A stretch of DNA of 64,000 nucleotides from IMG/VR virus record IMGVR_UViG_3300027792_000011; one strand, given 5' to 3'. How positions within the stretch are numbered: position 1 is the first letter of the stretch; each line of letters begins with the position of its first letter. Made by a program: the position numbers and the translations under genes. Of the stretch, positions 9,930 to 19,501 are shown one piece after another. The notes under the pieces are model-generated. The model searched no databases. It had not been told where the DNA came from and worked only from the letters and a program-made list of their open reading frames with translations. Origin of the DNA: a virus.

Positions 9930-12001
9930 ACGATGTCCCGCTGTTCATTGAAGTAACAACGCCTGTCATCGAGAAGATCGCATTCGAGGCCAAGCTGTCT
10001 GAGAATGCCGACACCTGGCCCAAGGAGGTGCTTGACGAGCTGCTGAAGCAGCACCCCTACATGGGCGTCTATGACATCAGCCCGATCATGACAGAAGTGA
10101 ACGGCGACCGAGGAGTTGGCATCGGGTTCTTCCAGGTGAGCAATGCTTCTGCAACTGCTGCACTGGGTCCTGGTGGTGAGGCCCTTCGGACTATGCAAGG
10201 CGTCAAGACAGTTCGAGTCCCGATCATCATCAAAGACAACAAGCTTTGCTCGCTTGATGTCATGATGAAGGCAGATGGCAAGGCATCCCCTCTAAATGAA
10301 CGAAGAGTACGTGAGGCCCTTCACAGACCTCAGCTCTTCGATGCCATCAAGAAATCTCCCGGTGATCAGTCGCTGGTAGAGAGTCTCTATCCACCTACTG
10401 CTCGTCAGCGTGGTATTCAGGCTGGTCAGGTCGTTGATGCTCCACAGATGAAGATCGGCTCTCACACTCACAAGCCGAGATTCCTCCTCAATGCCATTGC
10501 GCCAACCGTGCTCCAAGGTGATCTGAACAAGGTAGCGTCGATACTCGAGAGTGACGAGAACCTTGCTAGATCCTTGATGCGCAATAATGTGACACGAGAT
10601 GCCCTGGAGTTCATTGGTACGCTCGAAGCTACCACTGCTGCAGATGTCGAGAAGGTGGCTGCCAAGCTTGCAAGACCCGATGTCATCCAGGTCAGTCGTG
10701 ATGGCGAAGTCTACAGACTGAAGATGGCCAATAGCCAAGACTTCCATCCGGAAGTAGTCGAAGCGGATCGACCTACAATGGCAGCCATTGCCGGTCAAGA
10801 TCTAGTGACAAAGGCGGACAAGAGTGGCGCAGTCACTGTTACCACCGATCCAGTTGTAAGGGACATGCTCGAAGACGAGGTAGCAGAGGTCGTCACCAGA
10901 TTCGGCGAGTACAAGGTCAAGACCACTGATGGGAAAGAGCTGATGGGTTGGGTGTTCCCATCGGTCCTCGATTTTGATGGTACGTCGTTGCCGATGCAGC
11001 TCTTCACCAACGGAAGCAACTCCGCACTACAGTCTCAGATCGCCGGCAGTCTCATAGGCAAGAGCTCCAACATCATACGTGGCAAACCGGCAGGCTATGG
11101 ATTCTTCTATCGAGTCACTGCTAGCGGTAGCGTACTCGCATTCATTCCGGTTGAGATCAAGTCGTCGTTTGGTGATCCATCTGGTGAAGGTTACATGATC
11201 CACACCATGATGGGTCTTCCAGCTACTGTGAGGTTCGCTCCCGGTAGTCGTCAGATCGTCAAGACTGGTCCAGAGGAGTATACGCTTCCAGCCGATGTTC
11301 GCTGGGCTCCTCTTGGGGATGCTGTTCCCCTTATGTCCAATCCAACCGAGTTTGCGAAGATAGCTAACCTGAAGGACGTTCACAATACGGTCAGGATCGT
11401 ATCTGATAGGACTACGTGGTCCTTCCAGAGTGGACCCGGTCTCAACAAGGTGGCTCACAGATGGCGAGAAGGTCTCTCTGGTGAGAATGCCATGTTCATG
11501 GCGTGCTCCTTTGGTATGGATTCAGCTACGGCAACTCGAGCACTTGTGAAGGCCGCCAAGAGTGGACGTGCCGAGGTGAAGGGCTGCAGAGAGATCCATG
11601 TGCACCGAGAGAAACTTGCTGAGGCACGCAAGGAAGCTGCGAAGTTGATGAGCGAGGTGCCGAAGAAACACCTGCTCCTCAAGGAAGCGGCCGGCTTGGA
11701 TGACATGACGACAGTGGATCATATACTGTCTCTCGGCTTCCTCAATCCGGAGAACACCAAGATCTTCATCAACTATCTTCCTGAGCTTGAAGAAACCGTG
11801 AGCAAGCTAGCCGAGCTGCTGGTTGCTGCACGTACGGGGATGAAGGATATTCCAGAAGATTCGATCAAAAGTGCAATGGAAAGACTGGATGAAGTGATCG
11901 TAGGGTTGAATGAACTGTTGCATAGGGAGTACATTGACAAGACCAGTGCAGCAAAGCGTGACATTTTCACGCAGAGGCTGATAGGTATGGCCGGAGGATG
12001 A
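9926..12001 (+). CDS. Putative virion/head protein with many K-x-A motifs
   Basis: 691-aa ORF with EKIA, NKVAS, EKVAAKLA, AKIAN and LKEAA. Confidence 0.6.
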   Translation: MNDVPLFIEVTTPVIEKIAFEAKLSENADTWPKEVLDELLKQHPYMGVYDISPIMTEVNGDRGVGIGFFQVSNASATAALGPGGEALRTMQGVKTVRVPIIIKDNKLCSLDVMMKADGKASPLNERRVREALHRPQLFDAIKKSPGDQSLVESLYPPTARQRGIQAGQVVDAPQMKIGSHTHKPRFLLNAIAPTVLQGDLNKVASILESDENLARSLMRNNVTRDALEFIGTLEATTAADVEKVAAKLARPDVIQVSRDGEVYRLKMANSQDFHPEVVEADRPTMAAIAGQDLVTKADKSGAVTVTTDPVVRDMLEDEVAEVVTRFGEYKVKTTDGKELMGWVFPSVLDFDGTSLPMQLFTNGSNSALQSQIAGSLIGKSSNIIRGKPAGYGFFYRVTASGSVLAFIPVEIKSSFGDPSGEGYMIHTMMGLPATVRFAPGSRQIVKTGPEEYTLPADVRWAPLGDAVPLMSNPTEFAKIANLKDVHNTVRIVSDRTTWSFQSGPGLNKVAHRWREGLSGENAMFMACSFGMDSATATRALVKAAKSGRAEVKGCREIHVHREKLAEARKEAAKLMSEVPKKHLLLKEAAGLDDMTTVDHILSLGFLNPENTKIFINYLPELEETVSKLAELLVAARTGMKDIPEDSIKSAMERLDEVIVGLNELLHREYIDKTSAAKRDIFTQRLIGMAGG

Positions 12002-12004
12002 TGA

Positions 12005-12883
12005 GTGAGTGCCCACCCCGCGATCTACTACGCGAAGTTCTATCTATCACGTAGATCACATACATATGATGGGGTAGCCCAGCTTCTCTCTATCATTGGT
12101 CTTGGTGGTCTCAATGCCGATGAGCTGGAGACCATCGACAAGATGATGGAGTATCCCAGTCCATTTCTGCCCGATAATCTACGTGATCGACCAAGTCAGA
12201 GCTTCTTGCGACACGAACAGATCTATGATGCGTGGCATCCAGGTGCAGACATGAAGAGGGCTTTGTCTATCCTGGAAACGTCGAAGCTGAGACATCTGGT
12301 GGAGACATACATTCTGTCTCCCGTCAAACCAGAACAAGCTATCAAGAAGATCAACAAACAGTATACTGACGCTGACATCACAGTGAGGGCATACGATCTG
12401 TTCCAGCACTACTTCTGGAACAGAGAGTCGATGAGTGGTGTGGAGTGGGGCAAGTTCATAGATGATCGTGATCAGACAAACAAAGAATGGCTAGATCTAG
12501 CCGTGAAGGTAAGAGGGCCTGGTGGCGTACAGGCATTGTTGTGGAAGACTAACAGCGGACCTCTCCGAGGAATAGAAGCTAATAGGGCGTTCACTGACGT
12601 ACGGAACATCGCGTTCATGTGCGTTCAGCAGATAGCCATGCAGCGTCCGTCCAAGTACCACTCGGAGATGCTGCTCAACTACACTCGAGCGATGAAGATG
12701 TCACAGGAAGGGATCGATGCGAGCACCGATGCGGTACGAGATGTGGTGCACGCATTCAACTCGTTCAGGATGCGACACGCTGAGATCAATACCCCGTCCG
12801 TGCAGTTGTTGACCGGTGGCAACTTCTCTGAAGCTGAAGGTGGACCTGACACAGAAGAAAGGCTTGACTATGACGATGTTTGA
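12005..12883 (+). CDS. Hypothetical protein
   Basis: 292-aa ORF in a tightly packed operon. Confidence 0.7.
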   Translation: MSAHPAIYYAKFYLSRRSHTYDGVAQLLSIIGLGGLNADELETIDKMMEYPSPFLPDNLRDRPSQSFLRHEQIYDAWHPGADMKRALSILETSKLRHLVETYILSPVKPEQAIKKINKQYTDADITVRAYDLFQHYFWNRESMSGVEWGKFIDDRDQTNKEWLDLAVKVRGPGGVQALLWKTNSGPLRGIEANRAFTDVRNIAFMCVQQIAMQRPSKYHSEMLLNYTRAMKMSQEGIDASTDAVRDVVHAFNSFRMRHAEINTPSVQLLTGGNFSEAEGGPDTEERLDYDDV

Positions 12884-13277
12884 TCGAGATGGAAGAAGAC
12901 CAGAAGAGGTTCTCAAGCAGCATGGTGGCGAGGCAAGGGAGATGTTCCAGAGAAACTACTTTGGTCATGGAGCTCCCAATATCAAGCCGATAGACATGCG
13001 GCATGTTGATATGCCCGGCTACACAGTGGAGTTCGTGGTGAAGGGTGAAGATCTGATCATGCACTTCTTCCGTGCAGACGATTCTGGCTGGACCAATGAG
13101 TTCAGAAGTCAGATCTGGAAAGCGATGATGGAGGGGTTCAAGCTCCACGATCATCAAGAGCGCCTCATCATAGAATGGGTTCCGGAAATGTACAGTTGGT
13201 GCGTGACCGTGAAGAAACTTGCGATCGTAGCTTCACCAGATGACGATATTGTCCTGTCAGCCCTCCAACGAATATGA
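12876..13277 (+). CDS. Hypothetical protein
   Basis: Overlaps the upstream stop; start uncertain (12870 or 12876). Confidence 0.6.
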   Translation: MFDRDGRRPEEVLKQHGGEAREMFQRNYFGHGAPNIKPIDMRHVDMPGYTVEFVVKGEDLIMHFFRADDSGWTNEFRSQIWKAMMEGFKLHDHQERLIIEWVPEMYSWCVTVKKLAIVASPDDDIVLSALQRI

Positions 13278-13283
13278 TAGGGC

Positions 13284-13502
13284 ATGCCCTCTAGCAAAAA
13301 GCCATCACAGGTCAAGCATGAGAAGAGATCTCAGTTGGGAAACTCTCCCTCGGCTGCTGTGAGCGGGAACACTCCAACAGTTCAAGCTTCCTCTCCGATG
13401 GGATCAAACACGGTTCCATCTGCGTACAACACGGTCACGAAAGTTGGGCAGGTGAAGTATGCGGCCTGGGCAGATGAGTTTGAGAAGATCATAGGAAGGT
13501 AA
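13284..13502 (+). CDS. Small protein ending in AWADEFEKII motif
   Basis: C-terminal variant of the F-x-DE-L-x-KIA motif. Confidence 0.6.
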   Translation: MPSSKKPSQVKHEKRSQLGNSPSAAVSGNTPTVQASSPMGSNTVPSAYNTVTKVGQVKYAAWADEFEKIIGR

Positions 13503-13505
13503 CCA

Positions 13506-13973
13506 ATGCCCGCTTGGATACATGATCGAGCTATGAAGCTCAAGAAGCAGATGGAAGACACCTATCCACCAGAGAAGGCCAAGCAGGTTGCCTTCGCTGT
13601 CGCAACGCAAATGGCCCACAAGACCGGCAAGAGTCCAAAGACTTTTGGTACGTCAGAAGGTAGATCGGAAGCCAAGGCCAAGTTCGACAAGCCGAAGAGT
13701 GAGTACAAGAAGACTGCCTCCGCGATCATGTTCGACGGCTTTTCAGATGAGCTGGAGAAGATCGCAATCTCTTTTCGACTTCCATCTGCGATAAGGAACG
13801 TTCCAGCAGTTACCAAAAATCTACTCACCAATGCTAAGACCGGTCTTGGGGCAGCAAAGACTAGTCTTGGAACACTGCCACGTAGAGCGTATACAGCAGC
13901 TCATTCACCGCAAGTGCAGCACACTATGTACAATCTTGGTGATACTGCTCTACAGCTGGTAGCTCCACATTGA
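13506..13973 (+). CDS. Putative head-associated protein with FSDELEKIA motif
   Basis: KKTASAIMFDGFSDELEKIA in mid-protein. Confidence 0.65.
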   Translation: MPAWIHDRAMKLKKQMEDTYPPEKAKQVAFAVATQMAHKTGKSPKTFGTSEGRSEAKAKFDKPKSEYKKTASAIMFDGFSDELEKIAISFRLPSAIRNVPAVTKNLLTNAKTGLGAAKTSLGTLPRRAYTAAHSPQVQHTMYNLGDTALQLVAPH

Positions 13974-14010
13974 TTCTGGACAAGTATGATCAGCAAAGGA
14001 AGGTGACAGT

Positions 14011-14409
14011 ATGTATTGGCATGTTACGCTTAGAGGATTTTCTGATGAGTTGCAAAAAATAGCTGTAGCACAATGGCGTACTATTGCGCGTGCAGTACCT
14101 GGTGCGGCAGAGCGTATGGGTGCACATCTTAGTCCAGGAGGTGCACTGTCTATTGAGCGTGCTGTTCCACTCAAGCGTCCAGGTATGATTGATGAGGCAG
14201 CGTTTTTGAAGCGCCGCGCACTTCACCCTGATGCTGCTTCTGTTGTTAGAGAGGGGACAGGAGTGCTGGAAACTGGGGCTCGGGATTTCCCTTCACATAC
14301 ACACGGTACCCCAAGAGCACGTCAAGTACATGACTATCAATTCATGGGCCACCCACAAGAGTTTTCTGGGACAACTCCAACAACTCCTTGGTTTATGAGG
14401 CGCAAATAG
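14011..14409 (+). CDS. Putative head-associated protein with N-terminal FSDELQKIA leader
   Basis: MYWHVTLRGFSDELQKIA; RBS GGAAGGTG. Confidence 0.65.
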   Translation: MYWHVTLRGFSDELQKIAVAQWRTIARAVPGAAERMGAHLSPGGALSIERAVPLKRPGMIDEAAFLKRRALHPDAASVVREGTGVLETGARDFPSHTHGTPRARQVHDYQFMGHPQEFSGTTPTTPWFMRRK

Positions 14410-14460
14410 GGAAGGTAACAACCAGCAGCTCTCTTTGATGGCTCGAGTAGGTTGATGCAT

Positions 14461-14490
14461 AGCTAAGAAAATGCCGCAGAGGTTGCGGCA
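14461..14490 (-). terminator. Cassette terminator: hairpin + TTTTCTTAGCT
   Basis: TGCCGCA/TGCGGCA stem directly after the stop at 14495. Confidence 0.7.
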
Positions 14491-14494
14491 AGAA

Positions 14495-14956
14495 CTACTT
14501 GGGTGGGCACTCCAGATAGATTTTGATCTCACCATGCCCATCGGGCATGATGTACCAGTCGCAGAAGTCATGCTTGCCCCTGGTGAAGGTCTTCACCAAA
14601 CCAGGTTTGGCTCCATGAGCTGCTGCTTCGATCAAATCCATCAGAGCCTGTCCGTCCCCGATAGGAAGTCTCCTATTTCTAGGATTGTCCTCTTCGGTTG
14701 GGAACATCATTCGGTAGGAGACTTGGAGTACACGTCCGTGTTTCTGCACTTCAGCGATCTCACGGTGTGCACTCCATAGTCCACCAGGTGTGAGCTGGAA
14801 CTGATCTTGGTATAGCAGACTGATCTGCTTCATCAGATCATCCAACCAGGAAAAGTCGGCAGAGCCCATGATAGTGTCTAGTATGAGCCGAAACCTGCTG
14901 TTCGGACAGTACTGACACCACTCTCGAAACCGATCGTCACTCTTCTTGGTCCACAT
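14495..14956 (-). CDS. Hypothetical cassette protein
   Basis: 3' part of track ORF 14495..15154; start uncertain. Confidence 0.55.
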   Translation of the reverse strand: MWTKKSDDRFREWCQYCPNSRFRLILDTIMGSADFSWLDDLMKQISLLYQDQFQLTPGGLWSAHREIAEVQKHGRVLQVSYRMMFPTEEDNPRNRRLPIGDGQALMDLIEAAAHGAKPGLVKTFTRGKHDFCDWYIMPDGHGEIKIYLECPPK

Positions 14957-15119
14957 GCAGCTATCACGAGGAACCAGGTGAGTGTCACCAGATCTTATCC
15001 TGGCTTTCGGTTCCGATACGCTCTTTGGAGATCTATTGAGATCGCGAGGACAAGCAACCCAAAGACCCTTTTGATCCAGTACCCACTGGCTGAGTCCTTG
15101 GGATGCCTTCCTCGGTTGA

Positions 15120-15998
15120 TCAACTCCAGATGTCTTCTCCCTCGGCACTCTCATCCTCCTCTGACGAGTCCGAGAACCAATACTTCTCCAGGAGGTCTCT
15201 TGCCTTCTCGTCCTTCACGAGGGCAATAGCACATTCTGGGTGCTCGCCATCTCGGAGGTCTATGCCATCCTGCCATCCTGGTTTGCTGTCAAAGCCAGCC
15301 AGTTTGACGGTGTCGTTGGCAGCGCGCTTCAACAGCGCGATGGGGAGTCCTGTTGGACCCTTCCGGACTGGGGCCAAATTGAACCCCATTGCGCTTATGA
15401 TCTCACGCTGCTCTTTGGTGGTGTCACACCCGTCGGCGACACCCTTGATGAGAGTGTATGTCTGTTTGCCGACGGGATCGCTGGCGAAGAAGCATGGTTG
15501 CCACTCGCTCCAGTCTTTGCCATTCGGTGGTACCAGGCCAAACATGGCCCAGTTTCCTCGAGTGTTCAGAACCATCCCCACACCACATGTGTCGATGGCT
15601 GTGCTCCTCCCGGAGCGGCCAGTGATGGTCACCTTTGGTCCGCGAAGGTGGCCATTGTAGATCATAAGAAGATCAAGCCGTAGCTTGACCTTCACCCCGT
15701 CCACGATCTTCATCCATGAGACACCCTGGGTACGGGTCATCTCTTGGAACATCGAATCGGCCATTGCCACGTGTGCAGTCTTGACCATGGCGACTTTCGA
15801 TCCGAGCACGCCTCCCTCTACCTTTGCTCTCTTCAGGATTTCAGTAAGTCGTCTTCCCCCGTACAGTTTGAGAAGCCGGCGCGACTCACTCTCGGAGAAC
15901 CCCATGCTGATCGCTTTCGCGACCAGCTTTTCCTCTCGTGAGTCCTTTTCTTGCTCCTGCTCCTGCTGTACCACGTTCTCAGCTACTGCTGCTGCCAT
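15120..15998 (-). CDS. Hypothetical cassette protein
   Basis: 292 aa, RBS GGAGGAG, acidic C-terminus, TATAAG promoter upstream. Confidence 0.75.
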   Translation of the reverse strand: MAAAVAENVVQQEQEQEKDSREEKLVAKAISMGFSESESRRLLKLYGGRRLTEILKRAKVEGGVLGSKVAMVKTAHVAMADSMFQEMTRTQGVSWMKIVDGVKVKLRLDLLMIYNGHLRGPKVTITGRSGRSTAIDTCGVGMVLNTRGNWAMFGLVPPNGKDWSEWQPCFFASDPVGKQTYTLIKGVADGCDTTKEQREIISAMGFNLAPVRKGPTGLPIALLKRAANDTVKLAGFDSKPGWQDGIDLRDGEHPECAIALVKDEKARDLLEKYWFSDSSEEDESAEGEDIWS

Positions 15999-16057
15999 AA
16001 CCGATCTCCTCCATCTCCCTAGTCCATATCTAGGAAACTGATCACTGCCACATTTGT

Positions 16058-16086
16058 CTTATAGCGTTGGCACAGATCAATTTGTA
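16058..16086 (-). promoter_or_regulatory. Cassette-type promoter
   Basis: TACAAA-17-TATAAG. Confidence 0.55.
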
Positions 16087-16102
16087 GCGTATATTCGAGC
16101 AG

Positions 16103-17920
16103 ATGCAGTCAGAACAGATCAGCGATTACAAGGATTTTTACGTAGATGCCAAGCGAGCTATTGATACTGGAGTCTTCAACCAAGAGGTTGAGGACGAGAT
16201 CGATCGTATCATGGCCGAGCTCAATGAAGAGGATGAGGAGATAGCTGAGCTATTCGAGGATGAGGATCAGATACTCACGTCCAAGAGACAGATAGAAGTA
16301 CTCCCATCAGACTTCACAGAGTTTGCCATACGCATTCCGGTATCTGGTGATCTGGAGCCTTTCAGCTTCGATCACAGAAGGTACCTCAAGCCGATCTATG
16401 ATACACCAGCAAGAAGGACACTTCTGAAGTGCGCTCGTCAGACCGAGAAGTCGACATCACTTGGTAACAAGAGTCTTGCTTACTGTGGGATCAACTACGG
16501 CTTCAAGGTTCTCTATGTCAGTGCTACGGCAACGCAGGCACAGGTCTTCAGCGTTGATCGTATCAAGGAGCCATTGGACATCTCTCCAGAGATGAGCTTC
16601 CTGATCGATACCAAACTGAATCAGAACGTTCTATTCAAACAGTTCAAGAATCGATCCCAGATCAGGATCAGGTACGCATTCCTCAATGCAGACCGAACTC
16701 GTGGCATTCCAGCGGACATGATTCTGATCGATGAGATACAGGACATCTTCTTCAGCAACGTACCTGTCATAGAACAGTGCGCATCCCACTCACAGTGGAA
16801 GATCTACTGCTACTCTGGAACACCCAAGAGCCTAGACAACACGATCGAGGTGTACTGGTCCAACTACTCTACTCAGAACGAGTGGATCGTTCCATGTGAA
16901 CGGCATGGTGTTCCGAGCAAACCGAACACCTGGTTCTGGAACATTCTTGGGATCAAGAACATTGGCAGGAAAGGATTGATCTGTGCCAAGTGCGGTCAGC
17001 CTATTGATCCAATGCACCCTATGGCTAACTGGGCATCCAGGCAACCAGTTACGGAAGAGAATGCGCATAGGGTAACGTTCGAGGGCTACCGTATCTCACA
17101 GTTGATGGTCCCTTGGGTAAACTGGCAAGACGACATCATCATGGCGCTCGAGCGCTATGGCACAGCTAAGTTCCACAACGAGGTACTTGGTCTGTCATAC
17201 GATTCAGGTATTCGTCCGCTAACCAGAACACAAGTAAGATCATGCTGCAACAAGAACATCCGGCTTAGCTATGTCGTTGAGAATGCACAGAAGTGCTACG
17301 GTGGGGTATTCGTTGGCGTGGACTGGGGGACCGGAGAGGCTGATTCCTATTCTGTGATCGCATTGGGTGGGTATATGGGTGGGGAGTTCCAGATCTTCTT
17401 CGTACACAGATTCATTGGTGAAGATCTAGAACCACAACGACAGCTACAGATGATCTCGCAACTGCTAGTGTCGGTTCAGTTCAAGCTCATTGGTGCGGAC
17501 TACGGTGGTGGCTTTGATCGCAATGACTTCTTGCAGAGAAACTTTGGACCACTGCGTCTAGCCAAGTACCAGTATGCTGGATCACCTAAAGCGAAGGTGA
17601 AGTGGCAGCCCAAACTAGGCAGGTTCATCCTCCACCGTACTGAGGTCATGAGCGACATCTTCAACGCGATCAAGTACAAGAAGATAGCACTGCCCAACTG
17701 GGAAGACTTCTCATCTCCGTACGCAGACGACATGCTCAACATCTTCAGCGAGTACAATGATCAGCTAAATATGATCCAGTACAAACTGAGCCCTGGAAAG
17801 AGTGACGATACTTTCCATGCGATCTTGTACTGCTTCCTCGTCTCAATGCTTGCAAAGCCCAGACCCGACATCATCATCCCTCTCCATGCCGGCCACGTTG
17901 ATTTCCGTAGACCAGGATGA
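16103..17920 (+). CDS. terL: Terminase large subunit
   Basis: Walker A-like KCARQTEKST, Walker B ILIDEIQD, motif SGTP, nuclease GVDWG and C-terminal DDTFHA. Confidence 0.9.
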   Translation: MQSEQISDYKDFYVDAKRAIDTGVFNQEVEDEIDRIMAELNEEDEEIAELFEDEDQILTSKRQIEVLPSDFTEFAIRIPVSGDLEPFSFDHRRYLKPIYDTPARRTLLKCARQTEKSTSLGNKSLAYCGINYGFKVLYVSATATQAQVFSVDRIKEPLDISPEMSFLIDTKLNQNVLFKQFKNRSQIRIRYAFLNADRTRGIPADMILIDEIQDIFFSNVPVIEQCASHSQWKIYCYSGTPKSLDNTIEVYWSNYSTQNEWIVPCERHGVPSKPNTWFWNILGIKNIGRKGLICAKCGQPIDPMHPMANWASRQPVTEENAHRVTFEGYRISQLMVPWVNWQDDIIMALERYGTAKFHNEVLGLSYDSGIRPLTRTQVRSCCNKNIRLSYVVENAQKCYGGVFVGVDWGTGEADSYSVIALGGYMGGEFQIFFVHRFIGEDLEPQRQLQMISQLLVSVQFKLIGADYGGGFDRNDFLQRNFGPLRLAKYQYAGSPKAKVKWQPKLGRFILHRTEVMSDIFNAIKYKKIALPNWEDFSSPYADDMLNIFSEYNDQLNMIQYKLSPGKSDDTFHAILYCFLVSMLAKPRPDIIIPLHAGHVDFRRPG

Positions 17921-17970
17921 TCAGCTAAGGAAAGGAGCCGAGAGAGGTAGGATCCCGGTTGGGTTCTCGG

Positions 17971-18312
17971 CTAGAGATCGATGCAGATAGCACCGGCTTC
18001 GGCCTGCCTTATGAGAGGAAGTGCCCATCCGGAGATGTACTCTACGCAGATGTACTGAGCATCCAGGTGGCAATCGGCGGATATTACCTCTTCCGGCGTT
18101 TCGAGGTAGTAGGCCACATCCAGTTTTCCGTCGTGCATCACTCTGATCGTGAAGCACCCGTTCGCACCTCTACGTCCCAAGAGCTGACAACTCTTGGAAC
18201 GGATTGGGCGAAGACGCCACCCCCGCTTACAGGGGTCTGTCTCTGCGGTGTGCCCACTTCCGGCCCACATAAACGCCGGTATCGTCGTGTCTACCTTGAA
18301 CGTTTTCAGCAT
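17971..18312 (-). CDS. Hypothetical cassette protein
   Basis: AGAAAGGA RBS and own promoter; hairpin + TTAGCT downstream (17923). Confidence 0.75.
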   Translation of the reverse strand: MLKTFKVDTTIPAFMWAGSGHTAETDPCKRGWRLRPIRSKSCQLLGRRGANGCFTIRVMHDGKLDVAYYLETPEEVISADCHLDAQYICVEYISGWALPLIRQAEAGAICIDL

Positions 18313-18319
18313 AACTGCC

Positions 18320-18382
18320 TTCCTTTCTACTGATCTTATATACTGATCTAAGTGGGAATTTCTATGATCAGCTAAGGAAATT
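18320..18382 (-). repeat. Conserved cassette junction (terminator tail, AGCT, promoter AGAAAT-17-TATAAG, RBS)
   Basis: Near-identical to 61728-61790 (first 31 nt identical). Confidence 0.9.
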
Positions 18383-18397
18383 TGCCTAGAAGTTAGG

Positions 18398-18643
18398 CTA
18401 GGTGGGACTATTGTAAAACTTTTCCATTTCTTCGATTACGGCGAGTTCTTCTTGAAATGTCAGACAGTGTTTCAAACTACCATATAGTGCGTATCCTGGT
18501 CTGTATATCAATGCAACTTGTCTGCTGCCATGGGAGTTGTTGACTAGCAAGCTGGCGCCTCCGTCTATTTGCTTGAACTCAGGTCTCAATCCAAAGCCGC
18601 AGATTCTTGAGCACCTCTTCATGATTGTATGAAAGGGTGTCAT
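18398..18643 (-). CDS. Hypothetical cassette protein
   Basis: AGAAAGGA RBS; hairpin + TTAGCT downstream. Confidence 0.7.
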   Translation of the reverse strand: MTPFHTIMKRCSRICGFGLRPEFKQIDGGASLLVNNSHGSRQVALIYRPGYALYGSLKHCLTFQEELAVIEEMEKFYNSPT

Positions 18644-18656
18644 AGTACTTTCCTTT

Positions 18657-18767
18657 CTATTGATCTGCAGAACGCTTCTTGAAGTACCGTACTACCCTCC
18701 ATGGGATAGACGGAATGATTATGGCCTCTAACAAGTCCAGAATACATTCGATGATCTTTTGCATCAT
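18657..18767 (-). CDS. 36-aa peptide MMQKIIECILDLLEAIIIPSIPWRVVRYFKKRSADQ (not in track)
   Basis: AGAAAGGAG RBS directly downstream of the 18788 promoter. Confidence 0.6.
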   Translation of the reverse strand: MMQKIIECILDLLEAIIIPSIPWRVVRYFKKRSADQ

Positions 18768-18787
18768 CGATTCTCCTTTCTACTGAT

Positions 18788-18816
18788 CTTATATACTAGA
18801 TCAGCTCTATATTTTA
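18788..18816 (-). promoter_or_regulatory. Cassette-type promoter
   Basis: TAAAAT-17-TATAAG. Confidence 0.75.
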
Positions 18817-18946
18817 CCATGACCAGGTAATGAAGAGAGCCGATCTTTTGATCGACTCCCTTCCGGACTCTCGTTGGAGTGCGGTGAGTAGGCGCTGGCC
18901 AGGCGCGGGTCAGGGGAGTAGGCCACTGTCTTCTCCCCTCCCAACT

Positions 18947-19417
18947 CTACTCGGCCTCGGCCTCAGCAGCCTCGTCCTTCTTCGTCGTCTTCTTCTCGGG
19001 CTTCTTCTTCGTCGTCTTCTCGGCCTCGGGCATTGGAACGCCCTGGGACCGTAGATACGCCTGCCCGAACTTGAGCGCCTCTTTGACCACGTCCGCCACC
19101 GCCTGCTGATTGCGGATGGCATCGAGTGTCGCCTGCACCTCCTCCAACACCTCGTTGCCCATCTCGCAGAGGCGCCCCTCACGCTGATGGCACACCGCTG
19201 TGCCCCGAGCGAGGCCGACGGCCACGCCCGATGCGGCGCCGATCGCCACGTTCAGACCGGTGCTCCCAACCCCGAACGCCTGCTCGATCAGGATGCCGCC
19301 GGCGGCGCCCATTGCGCCAGTCTCGACGGCTTCGGTTGAGACCTCGATCCAATTGTTACGGAGAGTCGAGCCGATGCTGGTCTCGAACCGCGCTTCCTTC
19401 TTCTTTTTCTTAGCCAT
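18947..19417 (-). CDS. Cassette protein with Gly-zipper hydrophobic hairpin and K-rich ends
   Basis: GGAGG RBS before MAKKKKKE. GAMGAAGG..GAASGVAVGLA. Visibly GC-richer than its neighbours. Confidence 0.7.
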   Translation of the reverse strand: MAKKKKKEARFETSIGSTLRNNWIEVSTEAVETGAMGAAGGILIEQAFGVGSTGLNVAIGAASGVAVGLARGTAVCHQREGRLCEMGNEVLEEVQATLDAIRNQQAVADVVKEALKFGQAYLRSQGVPMPEAEKTTKKKPEKKTTKKDEAAEAEAE

Positions 19418-19469
19418 GACATGCACCTCCCGATACCGGGTAAGATTGATTTCTTTCCGGTTCAATGAT

Positions 19470-19498
19470 CTTATATACAGATCAATGGCTGGATTTTC
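19470..19498 (-). promoter_or_regulatory. Cassette-type promoter
   Basis: GAAAAT-17-TATAAG. Confidence 0.75.
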
Positions 19499-19501
19499 AG
19501 T

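Noticed and set aside
14455-14470. AGCTAAGAAA resembles the 3' end of the type I-F CRISPR repeat
   Set aside because: The CTGCC/GGCAG hairpin of that repeat is missing. The motif is better explained as the complement of the cassette terminator tail.
17919-18816. Junction repeats as a CRISPR array
   Set aside because: They are separated by 400-450 bp coding units, not by 30-40 bp spacers.
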